Shown here in pieces: positions 32,478 to 41,255 of a DNA stretch of 41,255 bases (the stretch's first letter is position 1; each line of letters begins with the position of its first letter). Position numbers and translations under genes: made by a program. This stretch comes from an uncultured Methylococcaceae bacterium (lineage in GTDB: Bacteria; Pseudomonadota; Gammaproteobacteria; Methylococcales; Methylococcaceae). The stretch spans positions 1 through 41,255 of the forward strand of contig CAIVXW010000040.1 in NCBI GenBank assembly GCA_903910005.1, in the 5' to 3' direction. Under the pieces are notes generated by a model, which saw only the letters and a program-made list of their open reading frames with translations, was not told the origin of the DNA and did not search any database.

Positions 32478-32827
32478 GCAGCCCGGATCCCGATCAGCCT
32501 GATCTGCTTCAGCAGATTGACCGCGTCCTGCAACTGACCGGCCATCTGGCAGCGGTTGTCGCGGCGGGTCAGTGGGATGAGGCAGAGCGTACGGAAATCG
32601 AACGTTTAGGCTTGCTGGATGAACTGTCAGCAGCACTGGCGGCGGTTTCAGACCGGGCGACGCTTGAACCGGTGCTGGAACGAATGCGGGTCGCCCTGGC
32701 ACTGAATGAAACCCTGGTCGAATCCCTTGCCCGCGAGCGCGGTCAGGTAGCCCGTGAACTCCGGCAACTCAACAATGCCGCCCAGGCCGAACGCGAATAC
32801 CGCAGTTATTTTGACGACTCAGCCTGA
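32474..32827 (+). CDS. FliT-like small helical flagellar protein (assignment tentative)
   Basis: The position directly after fliS and the helical sequence with GQWDEAERTEIERLGLLDEL resemble FliT-type chaperones. A TTG at 32474 overlaps the fliS stop (TTGA). The track ORF begins further upstream at 32438, inside fliS. Confidence 0.45.
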   Translation: MSSPDPDQPDLLQQIDRVLQLTGHLAAVVAAGQWDEAERTEIERLGLLDELSAALAAVSDRATLEPVLERMRVALALNETLVESLARERGQVARELRQLNNAAQAEREYRSYFDDSA

Positions 32828-32844
32828 CATGCCGCCCGGGTGTT

Positions 32845-33669
32845 TCATCCGCGCTGAAGAATCCACTCCAGTACCAGCTTGCTGCCCAGATAGGCCAGCA
32901 TCAGCGAAATAAAACCTCCCAGTGTCCAGCGAATGGCCACCTGTCCGCGCCAGCCGTAACGCACCCTCCCTGCCAGTACCACCGCAAAAAACACCCAGGC
33001 CAGAATGGACAATACCGTCTTGTGGGCCAGGTGCTGGGCGAACATGTTTTCCAGAAATATAAATCCGCTGCCGAGCGATACCGTCAACAGCGCGAAACCA
33101 CCCCCAATCAGTTGGAACAGCAGGTTTTCCATGGTTTGCAGCGGCGGTAGCGAGCGGATCAGGGGCGATGCCATCTGCCGGGTTCTGAGTCCGCGATCCT
33201 GCAAGGCCAGCAACAAGGCCTGCATTGCCGCGATGTTAAGCAGACTAAAGGCCAGCATGGATGACAAAATGTGTACCGTCATGGGCCACGAATGATTGTG
33301 GACACCATGGCTTGCCGCCGGGATGCCCAGTTTAAGGGCCAGAATTACCGCCGCAAGCGGATAAATAACGATGCCAAGTTTGTCGACCGGCTTGAAGGCC
33401 GCCGCCAGCAACAGCATCAGCACGGCCACCCCTGAAACCAGCGACAGCGCGTTCAGCAGGCTGAAGTCCAGACCGGTCTCCGGTTGGATCGACCCCAGCC
33501 AGAGTACGCCATGTGGAATAAGGGCCAGCCAGCCCAAAGCCAGTATGCCTGCCCGAATACCTGGCGGGTGTTTGCTGCTTCGATAGTCAAACCGCAGGGA
33601 ACGGATCGTGCCGATGGTAGCAGCCATATAGGCAATGATGGCGAACAGGCTCAGTGTGGTTGCGTTCAT
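32845..33669 (-). CDS. Cytochrome c assembly (CcsA-like) family inner membrane protein, YpjD-like
   Basis: It has about eight TM segments and is divergent from ffh, exactly as E. coli ypjD is. A Trp-rich segment (ILAWVFF...RYGWRGQVAIRW) is present. Confidence 0.72.
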   Translation of the reverse strand: MNATTLSLFAIIAYMAATIGTIRSLRFDYRSSKHPPGIRAGILALGWLALIPHGVLWLGSIQPETGLDFSLLNALSLVSGVAVLMLLLAAAFKPVDKLGIVIYPLAAVILALKLGIPAASHGVHNHSWPMTVHILSSMLAFSLLNIAAMQALLLALQDRGLRTRQMASPLIRSLPPLQTMENLLFQLIGGGFALLTVSLGSGFIFLENMFAQHLAHKTVLSILAWVFFAVVLAGRVRYGWRGQVAIRWTLGGFISLMLAYLGSKLVLEWILQRG

Positions 33670-33760
33670 GAAATATGCTCTCCTCCCCTTAGTCTGGCAT
33701 AATGTGGCATCAAGATGAAGTTCGGACGGAATTGTTACAGGTTGACCCAGGTTTTTTCAC

Positions 33761-35140
33761 ATGTTTGATAATTTAACAGAACGCTTTACCCAGACACTCA
33801 AGAAGATCAGCGGCCAGGGACGACTGACTGACGACAATATACAGGAAGCACTGGGAGAGGTGCGAACCGCCCTGCTGGAGGCCGATGTGGCCCTGCCGGT
33901 GGTCAAGGAATTCACCACCCAGGTCAAACAACGGGCGGTGGGGCAGGAGGTGGTCGGTAGCCTGACGCCAGGCCAGACCTTTATCAAGGTGGTTTACGAC
34001 GAACTCGTCACCATCATGGGCCAGGAGGGCGAACCGCTCAGTTTTGCCACCCAACCACCCGCCGTCATTCTGATGGCCGGTTTGCAGGGTGCCGGTAAAA
34101 CCACCACGGTGGCTAAACTGGCCCGCTGGATCAAGGAAAACGAAAAGCGTTCGGTGATGGTGGCCAGTGCTGACGTGTACCGACCCGCCGCCATAGAGCA
34201 ACTGCAAACCCTGGCGGCAGATGTGGGGGTCGACTTTTTCCCCAGTGATCCTTCCCAGCATCCAATCGACATTGCCCGGGGAGCCATTGATTTGGCCCGC
34301 CGTAAATATAAGGATGTCCTCATACTGGACACGGCCGGTCGCCTGCACGTGGATGAGGAAATGATGGATGAAATCCGCCAGTTGCACGCCACGATCAAGC
34401 CCATAGAAACCCTGTTCGTGGTGGATGCCATGACCGGTCAGGATGCGGCCAACACGGCCAAAGCCTTTGGTGAGGCACTGGATTTGACCGGGGTCATCCT
34501 GACCAAAGCCGACGGCGATGCCCGGGGGGGGGCCGCCCTGTCAGTGCGCTACATCACCGGCAAGCCCATCAAGTTCATTGGCATGGGTGAAAAATCCACA
34601 GCCCTGGAACGGTTCCATCCCAACCGGATCGCCTCCCGTATTCTGGGCATGGGCGACATCCTCACCCTGGCGGAAGAAGTCGAACGTAACCTCGACAAGG
34701 CCAAGGCTGAAGGCCTGATGAAGAAACTGCAAAAAGGCAAACCCTTCAACCTGGATGATTACTACGAACAATTAATGCAGTTGCAGCGAATGGGAGGGAT
34801 GATGGCCGTTATGGAAAAACTGCCCTTCATGTCAGGCTTGCCACAGGATGTCAAAAGCAAGGTGAACGACAAGGAAGTATTTCGCCATGTTGCCATTATT
34901 CAGTCCATGACCCGCCAGGAACGGAGCCAGCCCGAAATCATCAATCCCTCCCGCAAGAACCGGATTGCCCGGGGGGCTGGCATTGATGTTCAGGAACTCA
35001 ACACCATGCTCAAACAGTTTGAGCAAATCAGAAAGATGATGAAAACCTTCAAGAAGAAAAATCTGCTGGAGTTATTCAAGGGTGCCAAGGGCAAATTACC
35101 CAAAGGCGGTATGCCGCCCATGCCGCCAGGGCGTCGCTGA
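33761..35140 (+). CDS. ffh: Signal recognition particle protein Ffh
   Basis: MFDNLTERF, GLQGAGKTTTVAKLA, DTAGRL, TKADGDARGGAALS and a Met-rich M domain. Confidence 0.97.
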   Translation: MFDNLTERFTQTLKKISGQGRLTDDNIQEALGEVRTALLEADVALPVVKEFTTQVKQRAVGQEVVGSLTPGQTFIKVVYDELVTIMGQEGEPLSFATQPPAVILMAGLQGAGKTTTVAKLARWIKENEKRSVMVASADVYRPAAIEQLQTLAADVGVDFFPSDPSQHPIDIARGAIDLARRKYKDVLILDTAGRLHVDEEMMDEIRQLHATIKPIETLFVVDAMTGQDAANTAKAFGEALDLTGVILTKADGDARGGAALSVRYITGKPIKFIGMGEKSTALERFHPNRIASRILGMGDILTLAEEVERNLDKAKAEGLMKKLQKGKPFNLDDYYEQLMQLQRMGGMMAVMEKLPFMSGLPQDVKSKVNDKEVFRHVAIIQSMTRQERSQPEIINPSRKNRIARGAGIDVQELNTMLKQFEQIRKMMKTFKKKNLLELFKGAKGKLPKGGMPPMPPGRR

Positions 35141-35146
35141 AACGGC

Positions 35147-35944
35147 GTGGCAATCGGGCGTCTGCTACTCGATATCGGCAATACCCGGATCAAGTGGGCC
35201 ATTACGGGTGGCGATGTGCCGGTTCCGGGTGAGCCGATTCCTACCCATCCGCACAGCCTGGACGCCCTGTTGACGTCAGCGTGGCGAACGCTGGATCGAC
35301 CCGGGCAGGTATGGATGGCCTGTGTAGCCGGTTCCGGGGTGGCAGTGGCAGTCGAGTCATGGCTTCGGCAACAATGGGATTGTCCGCTGTACCATGCCCG
35401 CACTACCCCGGAAGCCCTGGGGGTAGTCAATGCCTACACTGAACCGGCCCGCCTGGGGGTGGATCGCTGGTTGTCGCTGATTGCAGCCCGTCGGTTGTGC
35501 CTGCAACCGGTCTGTGTGGCGGGTTGTGGTACCGCATTGACCCTCGACACCCTCGACGGTCTGGGGCGGCATCAGGGCGGTATCATCAGTCCGGGGCTGA
35601 GGCTCATGCACCAGACCCTGACTCGGGGGGCCGAACAACTCCGCCATATTCCCCAACCTGCTGACATGACCGTACCGCTGATGCCGCTTGAGGGTTGCCT
35701 GGCGACCAATACGCAAGAAGCGATGATGGCAGGCTGTGTTGAGGCTTGTCTGGGCCTGATTGAACGGGTTTACACCCGATTCGCCCGTTGTCATGACGGC
35801 AACGGCGAGGGGAGTCGCCTGATTCTGACCGGCGGAGACGCCGGGTTGCTGGCAAGGCATCTGACCCTACCCTGCCAGGTGGAACCTGATCTGGTGTTGA
35901 AAGGGCTGCACTGGCTGGCTGAATCGGTTGCTGACAGTTGCTGA
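35147..35944 (+). CDS. coaX: Type III pantothenate kinase CoaX
   Basis: LLLDIGNTRIKWA (phosphate-1 motif), GVDRW and CGTALTLDT. GTG start. Confidence 0.85.
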   Translation: MAIGRLLLDIGNTRIKWAITGGDVPVPGEPIPTHPHSLDALLTSAWRTLDRPGQVWMACVAGSGVAVAVESWLRQQWDCPLYHARTTPEALGVVNAYTEPARLGVDRWLSLIAARRLCLQPVCVAGCGTALTLDTLDGLGRHQGGIISPGLRLMHQTLTRGAEQLRHIPQPADMTVPLMPLEGCLATNTQEAMMAGCVEACLGLIERVYTRFARCHDGNGEGSRLILTGGDAGLLARHLTLPCQVEPDLVLKGLHWLAESVADSC

Positions 35945-35960
35945 ATGGCGAGAGTGTCAC

Positions 35961-36668
35961 ATGCACATGTTGTTTTTTCTGGTCGTAGTGGCCAATTTGC
36001 TGCTGTTTTTTTGGGAGACCGGCTACCGACACCCGCCTGTCACTGAAGCCAGCAGCAAAGACCTGGTGTTACCCGGAACCATCCAATCCATCGTCCTCAC
36101 CGGTGAGTCCCGGCCGTCGTCACTCAGGCCTGCTGCGCCCATAAAAACCGACACGGTACCAACCCCGCCCGCATCCTCACTGGCCCTTCCCGGCAACTGC
36201 CTTGAAATTGGGCCGTATCCCACCTCGGCCCAGGCGACTGAACTCCAGCAATTGATGTTGCCACAGGCTCCCGGAATCAGGATCATCCCCCGCAGTGAAG
36301 CCCGCAATGACAGTTGGTGGGTACTCGTTCCCAAGGCCGAGAACATGGAGGTGGCCAAAGCCAGACGGCAGATGTTGCTGGACAAGGGCGTCAAGGATTT
36401 CTGGCTGTTCAACAAGGGAGAATTGCAGGGAGCCATTTCGCTGGGATTGCACGAAACCCGGGAAAAGGCCGAATCCGCCCAACGCCAGTTTCTGGAAAAG
36501 GGCATTGTCAGCGAGATTGTCCCCCGTTCCTCCCACAATGAAACCTACTGGTTGCACATACCCTGGAATCGCCCGCCACTGGCACTGGATGAAGTATTGC
36601 AAACACTCCGAATGCAGAATTCCGAACTCAGGATACCCCAACCGGTGAGTTGTCCCCATGACGTATGA
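35961..36668 (+). CDS. SPOR-like domain membrane protein
   Basis: An N-terminal TM helix (MHMLFFLVVVANLLLFFW) and a Pro-rich linker precede two beta-alpha-beta-beta-like repeats (CLEIGPYPTSAQATELQQ... and WWVLVPKAENMEVAKARRQMLLDKG...GAISLGLHETREKAESAQ). The position after coaX matches Pseudomonas-like genomes. ATG 35961 is preferred over the track start at 35928. Confidence 0.5.
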   Translation: MHMLFFLVVVANLLLFFWETGYRHPPVTEASSKDLVLPGTIQSIVLTGESRPSSLRPAAPIKTDTVPTPPASSLALPGNCLEIGPYPTSAQATELQQLMLPQAPGIRIIPRSEARNDSWWVLVPKAENMEVAKARRQMLLDKGVKDFWLFNKGELQGAISLGLHETREKAESAQRQFLEKGIVSEIVPRSSHNETYWLHIPWNRPPLALDEVLQTLRMQNSELRIPQPVSCPHDV

Positions 36669-38322
36669 ATCGTTGCTGCAGCAAGCCCGGGAGTGGGCCG
36701 AGTGGGCGCGACAGGAGCATTGGCTGAGTGCTGCGGCACTCAAAACACTCAACGAACTGGAACAGCGCGGTCCGGCCTCATTGTTTGCCGGTCAGATTGA
36801 CCGCCCCCTGGTGGCCGCTTTCTTTGGTGGAACCGGCGTAGGCAAAAGCACCCTGCTGAACCGGCTGGCGGGTCAGGCAGTTGCCCGCACCGGTGTAGAG
36901 CGACCCACCTCGCGGGAAATTTCCCTGTATCTGCACGAATCGGTCACCCGCCTGCATCTGCCGCCGGGCTGCCCGCTGCAACAGGTGCGTCAGGCCATCC
37001 ATCACAATGATGACAGACGGCATGTACTGTGGGTGGATATGCCGGATATCGACAGTGTGGAGCAGGGCAACCGTGATCTGGTGCTGGCCTGGCTGCCTCA
37101 TGTCGATGTGGTGATTTATGTGGTCAGCCCCGAGCGTTACCGCGACGACCAGGGATGGCGGTTGCTGCGTAGCCACGGAGACCGTCACGCCTGGTTGTTT
37201 GTCATCAACCAGTGGGACAGGGGTCATGAGATACAGTACCAGGATTTTCAGCAGTTACTGATCCGGGCCGGTTTTGTCGATCCCGTCATCTTGCGTACCG
37301 ATTGCCGCGACACCGAAGAACAGCGCAAGACGGATGATTTTGCACGACTGCAACGTCTCCTGGATGAATTAACCAACCGTCACGTGTTGAGCCAACTGGA
37401 ACACCGGGCTGATGCCATCCGTCTGGAAGCCCTGAGCGAGAGCCTGCGTGATGCCTTGAATGAACTGGGAAATACTGAAGGCTATACCGGGCTGGCATCG
37501 TTCCTGGCCGCCCGCCTTGAATCCGGACTGAAGGGCATCGTCGAGGGACTGGACTGGCCCATCCGCAACGTGGCCCGCGAGTTTGTCGGGCGCGAAGCCA
37601 GTCCGCTGAAGAAACGCCTACAACTGCTGTCAGCACCTTCAGCCGAGCCGGCGACACCCAAGCCATCCCGCCCGGTTGTCCTGTGGGATGACTGGGCCGA
37701 CAGCCAGTGGCGTGCTGTCATGGAGCAACTCCTGGTGGAAGCCGGTCAGCGCGGTCTGGCAACCCAACCACTCCGGCAAGCCCTGGACACCATTAACGGC
37801 CAGGTCGAACCCACGGTACTGGGTGAGGCCCAGCGCGGTTTACGTCAGGCCCTTCTGCGGCCAGGCCATGCCCTGCAGCGCGGTTTGCTGGCGTTTACCG
37901 GATTTCTGGCAGTGCTGTTGCCATTATCCGCGCTGGGCTGGGTATCCTTTCAGGTGGTGGACGGCTACCGCCAGGGCGTGCAGCATCAAGCCGCCTGGCT
38001 GGGCGTGGACTTTGCCATACACAGCAGTTTCCTGATTATCCTGGCCTGGCTGGTTCCCTTTTTTCTCAACCGTCTCCTGACCCCCTCTGCTGAGCGGAGT
38101 GCCATTCGGGGTTTACGCAATGGCATCCGGCTGGCACTGGGCAAACTGGAGGATCAAGTGCTGGCTGGCTTGAACCAACTGGAACAAAACCGGCACAATT
38201 TGCGGCAGGCCGGTCTGGCGATACTGGCCAGAACCGCTCAGGAAGACACCGGTCGCAGCACTGAAGGGAATCACAGCCTGATCGGACGGGTATTGCCTCA
38301 ACGCACCACACCCGATCCCTGA
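36658..38322 (+). CDS. Membrane-anchored P-loop GTPase of unknown function (554 aa)
   Basis: G1 FFGGTGVGKSTLLNRLAG, a G3-like WVDMPDID, a G4-like INQWDRG, and two predicted TM helices near the C-terminus (LLAFTGFLAVLLPLSALGWV and SSFLIILAWLVPFFL). The ATG overlaps the upstream ORF by 11 nt. Confidence 0.7.
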   Translation: MTYESLLQQAREWAEWARQEHWLSAAALKTLNELEQRGPASLFAGQIDRPLVAAFFGGTGVGKSTLLNRLAGQAVARTGVERPTSREISLYLHESVTRLHLPPGCPLQQVRQAIHHNDDRRHVLWVDMPDIDSVEQGNRDLVLAWLPHVDVVIYVVSPERYRDDQGWRLLRSHGDRHAWLFVINQWDRGHEIQYQDFQQLLIRAGFVDPVILRTDCRDTEEQRKTDDFARLQRLLDELTNRHVLSQLEHRADAIRLEALSESLRDALNELGNTEGYTGLASFLAARLESGLKGIVEGLDWPIRNVAREFVGREASPLKKRLQLLSAPSAEPATPKPSRPVVLWDDWADSQWRAVMEQLLVEAGQRGLATQPLRQALDTINGQVEPTVLGEAQRGLRQALLRPGHALQRGLLAFTGFLAVLLPLSALGWVSFQVVDGYRQGVQHQAAWLGVDFAIHSSFLIILAWLVPFFLNRLLTPSAERSAIRGLRNGIRLALGKLEDQVLAGLNQLEQNRHNLRQAGLAILARTAQEDTGRSTEGNHSLIGRVLPQRTTPDP

Positions 38323-38457
38323 CCGCCCATTTCATTCGAGACCGGCTTCAATCTCCCCTGCCTGCTGCAAGGGGAAGGGCTTGAGGGTTCAAACCCGAGA
38401 GCCCGGTTGACCCGGCAAAGACTGGATTTTTTCAAAACAACCCAAGAGCAGCTTTCG

Positions 38458-38913
38458 ATGAAAAAAATTTTGCTGACGTTATCTGTCCTGTTGGGGAGTA
38501 CTACCCTGGCAGCCGACCCGGTTGGCTGTGTAACCACTGCCTGGAAGCTGATCGGTGCCAACCATCAGGTTTGTGTCAATGCCTTTGACGACCCCCGTGT
38601 ACCGGGCGTGACCTGTCACGTCAGTCAGGCCAAGACCGGTGGGGTCGCCGGGTCACTGGGGCTGGCGGAAGACCCGTCCCAGTTCTCCCTGGCCTGTCGT
38701 CAAACCGGGCCTATTACCCTGCCCGACAGTTTGCCGAAGGAAGAGAATGTCTTCGACGAAGACACCTCAATTTTCTTCAAGTCCACCCGCGTGATTCGTC
38801 TGCTGGACGCCCCCCACCGCACCCTGGTCTATCTGGCCATCAGTCGCAAACTGATCGAAGGAGCACCCGCCAACAGTGTCTCGACGGTTCCCATCATGCC
38901 CTGGGGTAAATAA
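38458..38913 (+). CDS. creA: CreA family protein
   Basis: KLIGANHQVCVNAFDDPRVPGVTCHVSQAKTGGVAGSLGLAEDPS and a C-terminal VSTVPIMPWGK are closely similar to E. coli CreA. A signal peptide MKKILLTLSVLLG is present. Confidence 0.9.
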   Translation: MKKILLTLSVLLGSTTLAADPVGCVTTAWKLIGANHQVCVNAFDDPRVPGVTCHVSQAKTGGVAGSLGLAEDPSQFSLACRQTGPITLPDSLPKEENVFDEDTSIFFKSTRVIRLLDAPHRTLVYLAISRKLIEGAPANSVSTVPIMPWGK

Positions 38914-38928
38914 GAGGTCACCCGAACC

Positions 38929-39330
38929 ATGTCAAAGAAAGTAATGATCGTGGATGATTCCATTATGATGCGTACGGTAATCCGTTCCTTCGTGGAGAAA
39001 ATTCCCGGATTTGAGGTGGCTGTCATGGCTGAAAACGGCAAGGTAGCCTTGACCGCACTGGACAAACACCCGGATCTGGCTCTGATTCTGCTCGACATTG
39101 AGATGCCGGAAATGGACGGCCTGGCGTTTCTCCGTTTTGCCAAACTCAAAAGCAAGGCCAAGGTTATCATCCTGTCTTCAGTGGCACTGGCGGGTTCCCC
39201 CCATGCCGCCAAGGCCCGTTCACTCGGAGCCGATGCCATCGTTACCAAACCCTCCGGGGCTGTTTCCATGGATCTGGAAGACAAGCGCGGACAGGAACTG
39301 GTCACCATTATGCGAAAACTGGCCGGATAA
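38929..39330 (+). CDS. Single-domain response regulator (receiver), CheB-N-terminal-like
   Basis: KVMIVDDSIMMR, the phospho-acceptor context LILLDIEMPEMDGLAFL, and VIILSS...GADAIVTKPS. No output domain (133 aa). Confidence 0.85.
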   Translation: MSKKVMIVDDSIMMRTVIRSFVEKIPGFEVAVMAENGKVALTALDKHPDLALILLDIEMPEMDGLAFLRFAKLKSKAKVIILSSVALAGSPHAAKARSLGADAIVTKPSGAVSMDLEDKRGQELVTIMRKLAG

Positions 39331-39357
39331 GCTGATACCCCTCGCTGGAGTGCCTCA

Positions 39358-41255
39358 ATGTCGGATGAACTTGATGAAGTCTGGGAACTGTACGCGGAAG
39401 AAGGCCACCGTTCGCTGGATGAGGCGGAAACCCTGCTACTGAATCTCCAGCGGGGAGGGCCGGATACCACGGCCATTGCCGCCCTGTTCCGGGCCTTGCA
39501 TACGTTCAAGGGCAATGCCCGGGTCATGGCACTCGCCGTCATTGAATCCCGCGCCCATCTGGCCGAGGATTTAATCGGCCTGGTGCGGGATGAAGCGGTC
39601 GTGCTGGATGCTTCCCTCCTGAGCCTGATGCTGGAGACCGTCGATGTCCTCCGGGGTATGCTGGAGGATTCGTTGCTGAACCGGGGGGATGTCGCCCCCA
39701 CCGCATCCACCGGCCTGGCCGAGCGTTTGCGACTCGAATTTACCCGGCGCAAACCAGGCCAACTGCCGCTGGCTGCCGCCGACACCGGGCCGGAATCGGC
39801 TGTTACGCCGACACTGCCGACAGCGGTGGAGCTACTGCCGCTCCCGGACGATCCGGTCGAATCAGTCCCTGACCCAGCGGGCGACGACGCCGACGACGAC
39901 ATTGGGGCCATACTGTTCGATGACACCGGTGCGGAGCCGGTCTGTCTGGCTGACGATCCGGTTTACCGGCAAATCTACGCCGAAATGGCGGGCGATTTTC
40001 TGGCCCGGTTGCAATCAGCCGTTTCTACCGACCCGGCCAACTTGCTGGCAGTGACGGCTGATCTGGCCGATGCCGCCGGGCAACTGGGCCATGCCGCCAG
40101 CCAGTTGGGATTCACCCACTGGGAGCAGGCTCTTGAGACCTGTCAGGCCATTGATTTCCCGGATTTCCCGCAATTACAGGCTTGGCTTGATCAGTTTGTG
40201 GCCATGGCCCGGCATGACTTTGGCGACAGCGTGACCCTACCCGATGCGGTCGTGCAGGCCGGTGAACCGGGAGCGGACGACCTGCCCTATGGCGAACAGG
40301 CTCTGGCATTCTTTGCCCGCATCCAGCCCTTGCTGGACGCCTTGTCAGCGGTGGCATCATCATTCCGGGACGATCCCCGGCACCCGGTTGACTCCCTGGT
40401 AACCCTACTGGATGAACTGCTGACTGCAACAGGGGAGGGCGGTTTCCCCGGGCCGGTTCCGGTCATCCGTGATTACCTTGAATGCCTCAAGGCCCGAGGC
40501 TTCGATCACGCCTCATTTGAAGCGATGGAATTCGCCTTGTACGAGACCCTGGCGGCCATCCAGAATCTGGCACTGGCCGGACGTACTGATCTGCCGCTTG
40601 ATGCCGCAGCCATCATGCAACTGTGGTGTACCGAACGGGTTGAGGCAACCCTGCAGGAAATACACACCCTTTTGCAAGGCTTGGACGCAGCAGCCGTTCG
40701 CCTCGAAATGCCGGATGAATCGCTGAATGTGTGTCTGCGTCGCCTCCATTATGCGTCGCGCCAGTACGGGGTCAGTGCGGCCGAAGACCTGTGCATGGTT
40801 CTGATTGACCTGTTTGAACGGGTCAGGGCCGGTGAAATAAGCATGGGCGAACCCTTGCTGGCCCTGACCCGTCGCTTTATGCAGTGTTTTGCCGATCTGA
40901 CCAGCGCGTCAGATCAGGGGGAGGTGCTGGATTCAACCGGGTTTGAATCACTGATGGCAGAGGCCGGCCAACTCAGTTTCACCCTGAGCGATACCGTAAG
41001 CCCGCTGGGCATTGAAATGCGGCTTGGGTTGCCGACGGCCTTTCATGCGGTGATGACACCCGACAGTGTCCGCATGGCCGAGGAAGGCCTGGCCCGTGGG
41101 TTGCTGTTTTACATCATCCGGGTCGATCTCAATTCACATGAATTGCTGGCCGCCCGCTTTCTGGACTGGATGAAGCAGGGAACGGTTGAGGCTGTCAGCA
41201 ACATTACGGTATTCCGCGGCCAAAGCTCGCTGTTTGATTTTCTGGTCATGACGCC
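39358..41255 (+). CDS. CheA/ChpA-like phosphotransfer protein, N-terminal 632 aa (canonical Hpt domain plus long helical region); 3' end lies beyond the window
   Basis: Hand translation from ATG 39358 (CTGGAG upstream) finds no stop up to 41255. It is absent from the track because it is open-ended. The Hpt motif AALFRALHTFKGNARVMAL has its His codon at 39499-39501. An acidic linker (PAGDDADDDIG) is followed by helical segments with Hpt-like LGHAASQLGF and LHYASRQYGV. Confidence 0.7.
   Translation, partial: MSDELDEVWELYAEEGHRSLDEAETLLLNLQRGGPDTTAIAALFRALHTFKGNARVMALAVIESRAHLAEDLIGLVRDEAVVLDASLLSLMLETVDVLRGMLEDSLLNRGDVAPTASTGLAERLRLEFTRRKPGQLPLAAADTGPESAVTPTLPTAVELLPLPDDPVESVPDPAGDDADDDIGAILFDDTGAEPVCLADDPVYRQIYAEMAGDFLARLQSAVSTDPANLLAVTADLADAAGQLGHAASQLGFTHWEQALETCQAIDFPDFPQLQAWLDQFVAMARHDFGDSVTLPDAVVQAGEPGADDLPYGEQALAFFARIQPLLDALSAVASSFRDDPRHPVDSLVTLLDELLTATGEGGFPGPVPVIRDYLECLKARGFDHASFEAMEFALYETLAAIQNLALAGRTDLPLDAAAIMQLWCTERVEATLQEIHTLLQGLDAAAVRLEMPDESLNVCLRRLHYASRQYGVSAAEDLCMVLIDLFERVRAGEISMGEPLLALTRRFMQCFADLTSASDQGEVLDSTGFESLMAEAGQLSFTLSDTVSPLGIEMRLGLPTAFHAVMTPDSVRMAEEGLARGLLFYIIRVDLNSHELLAARFLDWMKQGTVEAVSNITVFRGQSSLFDFLVMT

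Noticed and set aside
38829-39926. 365-aa Ser-rich ORF antisense to creA 3' end, the receiver gene and the Hpt protein
   Set aside because: It spans three well-supported plus-strand genes and their intergenic gaps. The extreme Ser/Ala/Arg bias is an antisense-frame artefact.
1-41255. Search for mobile elements, prophage, toxin-antitoxin, restriction-modification or other defence modules
   Set aside because: No ORF on either strand shows integrase, transposase, recombinase, nuclease-helicase, methylase or toxin signatures. I saw no tRNA attachment site and no long terminal inverted repeats.

Overview
A 41.3-kb chromosomal segment from a GC-rich proteobacterium (roughly 55-60% GC by eye). It is most likely a gammaproteobacterium, judging from conserved neighbourhoods: dsbA / cytochrome c4 divergent from engB, dusB-fis-purH, ypjD-like divergent from ffh, and coaX followed by a SPOR protein. 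I saw no rRNA, tRNA, CRISPR array, integrase, transposase or recognisable defence gene. Content in order: (1) an intergenic region full of 7-bp GGTGAGK repeats, a YfcH-type epimerase, two REP-like hairpins and an MFS transporter. (2) A divergent copper-handling cluster: a His-tailed DsbD_2/TauE-like membrane protein faces a five-ORF operon (small TM ORF, stand-alone ATPase-N zinc ribbon, Met/His-rich protein, cysteine-less HMA-like protein, CPC-type Cu(I) P1B-ATPase). (3) An EEP-family enzyme, DsbA, cytochrome c4, EngB, a pterin gene pair (DHPS-related protein and RibD_C-type reductase, with convergent 3' ends overlapping by 119 nt), LplT, dusB-fis-purH and psd. (4) A ~14-kb flagellin locus. 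It holds a 1387-aa ORF with two complete TPR+GT41 (O-GlcNAc-transferase-like) modules, a stand-alone TPR protein, an LbH-acyltransferase/SAM-methyltransferase fusion, a CmcI-family methyltransferase and an alpha/beta hydrolase. These are followed by a near-consensus sigma-28 promoter, a 741-aa flagellin with a duplicated Flagellin_IN surface module, an A-rich 9-bp repeat tract with six A(A/T)GGA motifs, a decayed flagellin 3' remnant, and flaG-fliD-fliS-fliT-like. (5) ypjD-like, ffh, coaX, a SPOR-like protein overlapping a membrane-anchored P-loop GTPase, creA, a CheB-receiver-like single-domain response regulator, and more than 630 aa of a multi-Hpt CheA-like protein that runs off the window. 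The best candidate for an undescribed system is the flagellin-modification island at 18853-26631 together with its unusual substrate locus at 26629-29404. All functional calls rest on motif recognition by eye and on memory of protein families; no database search was run.
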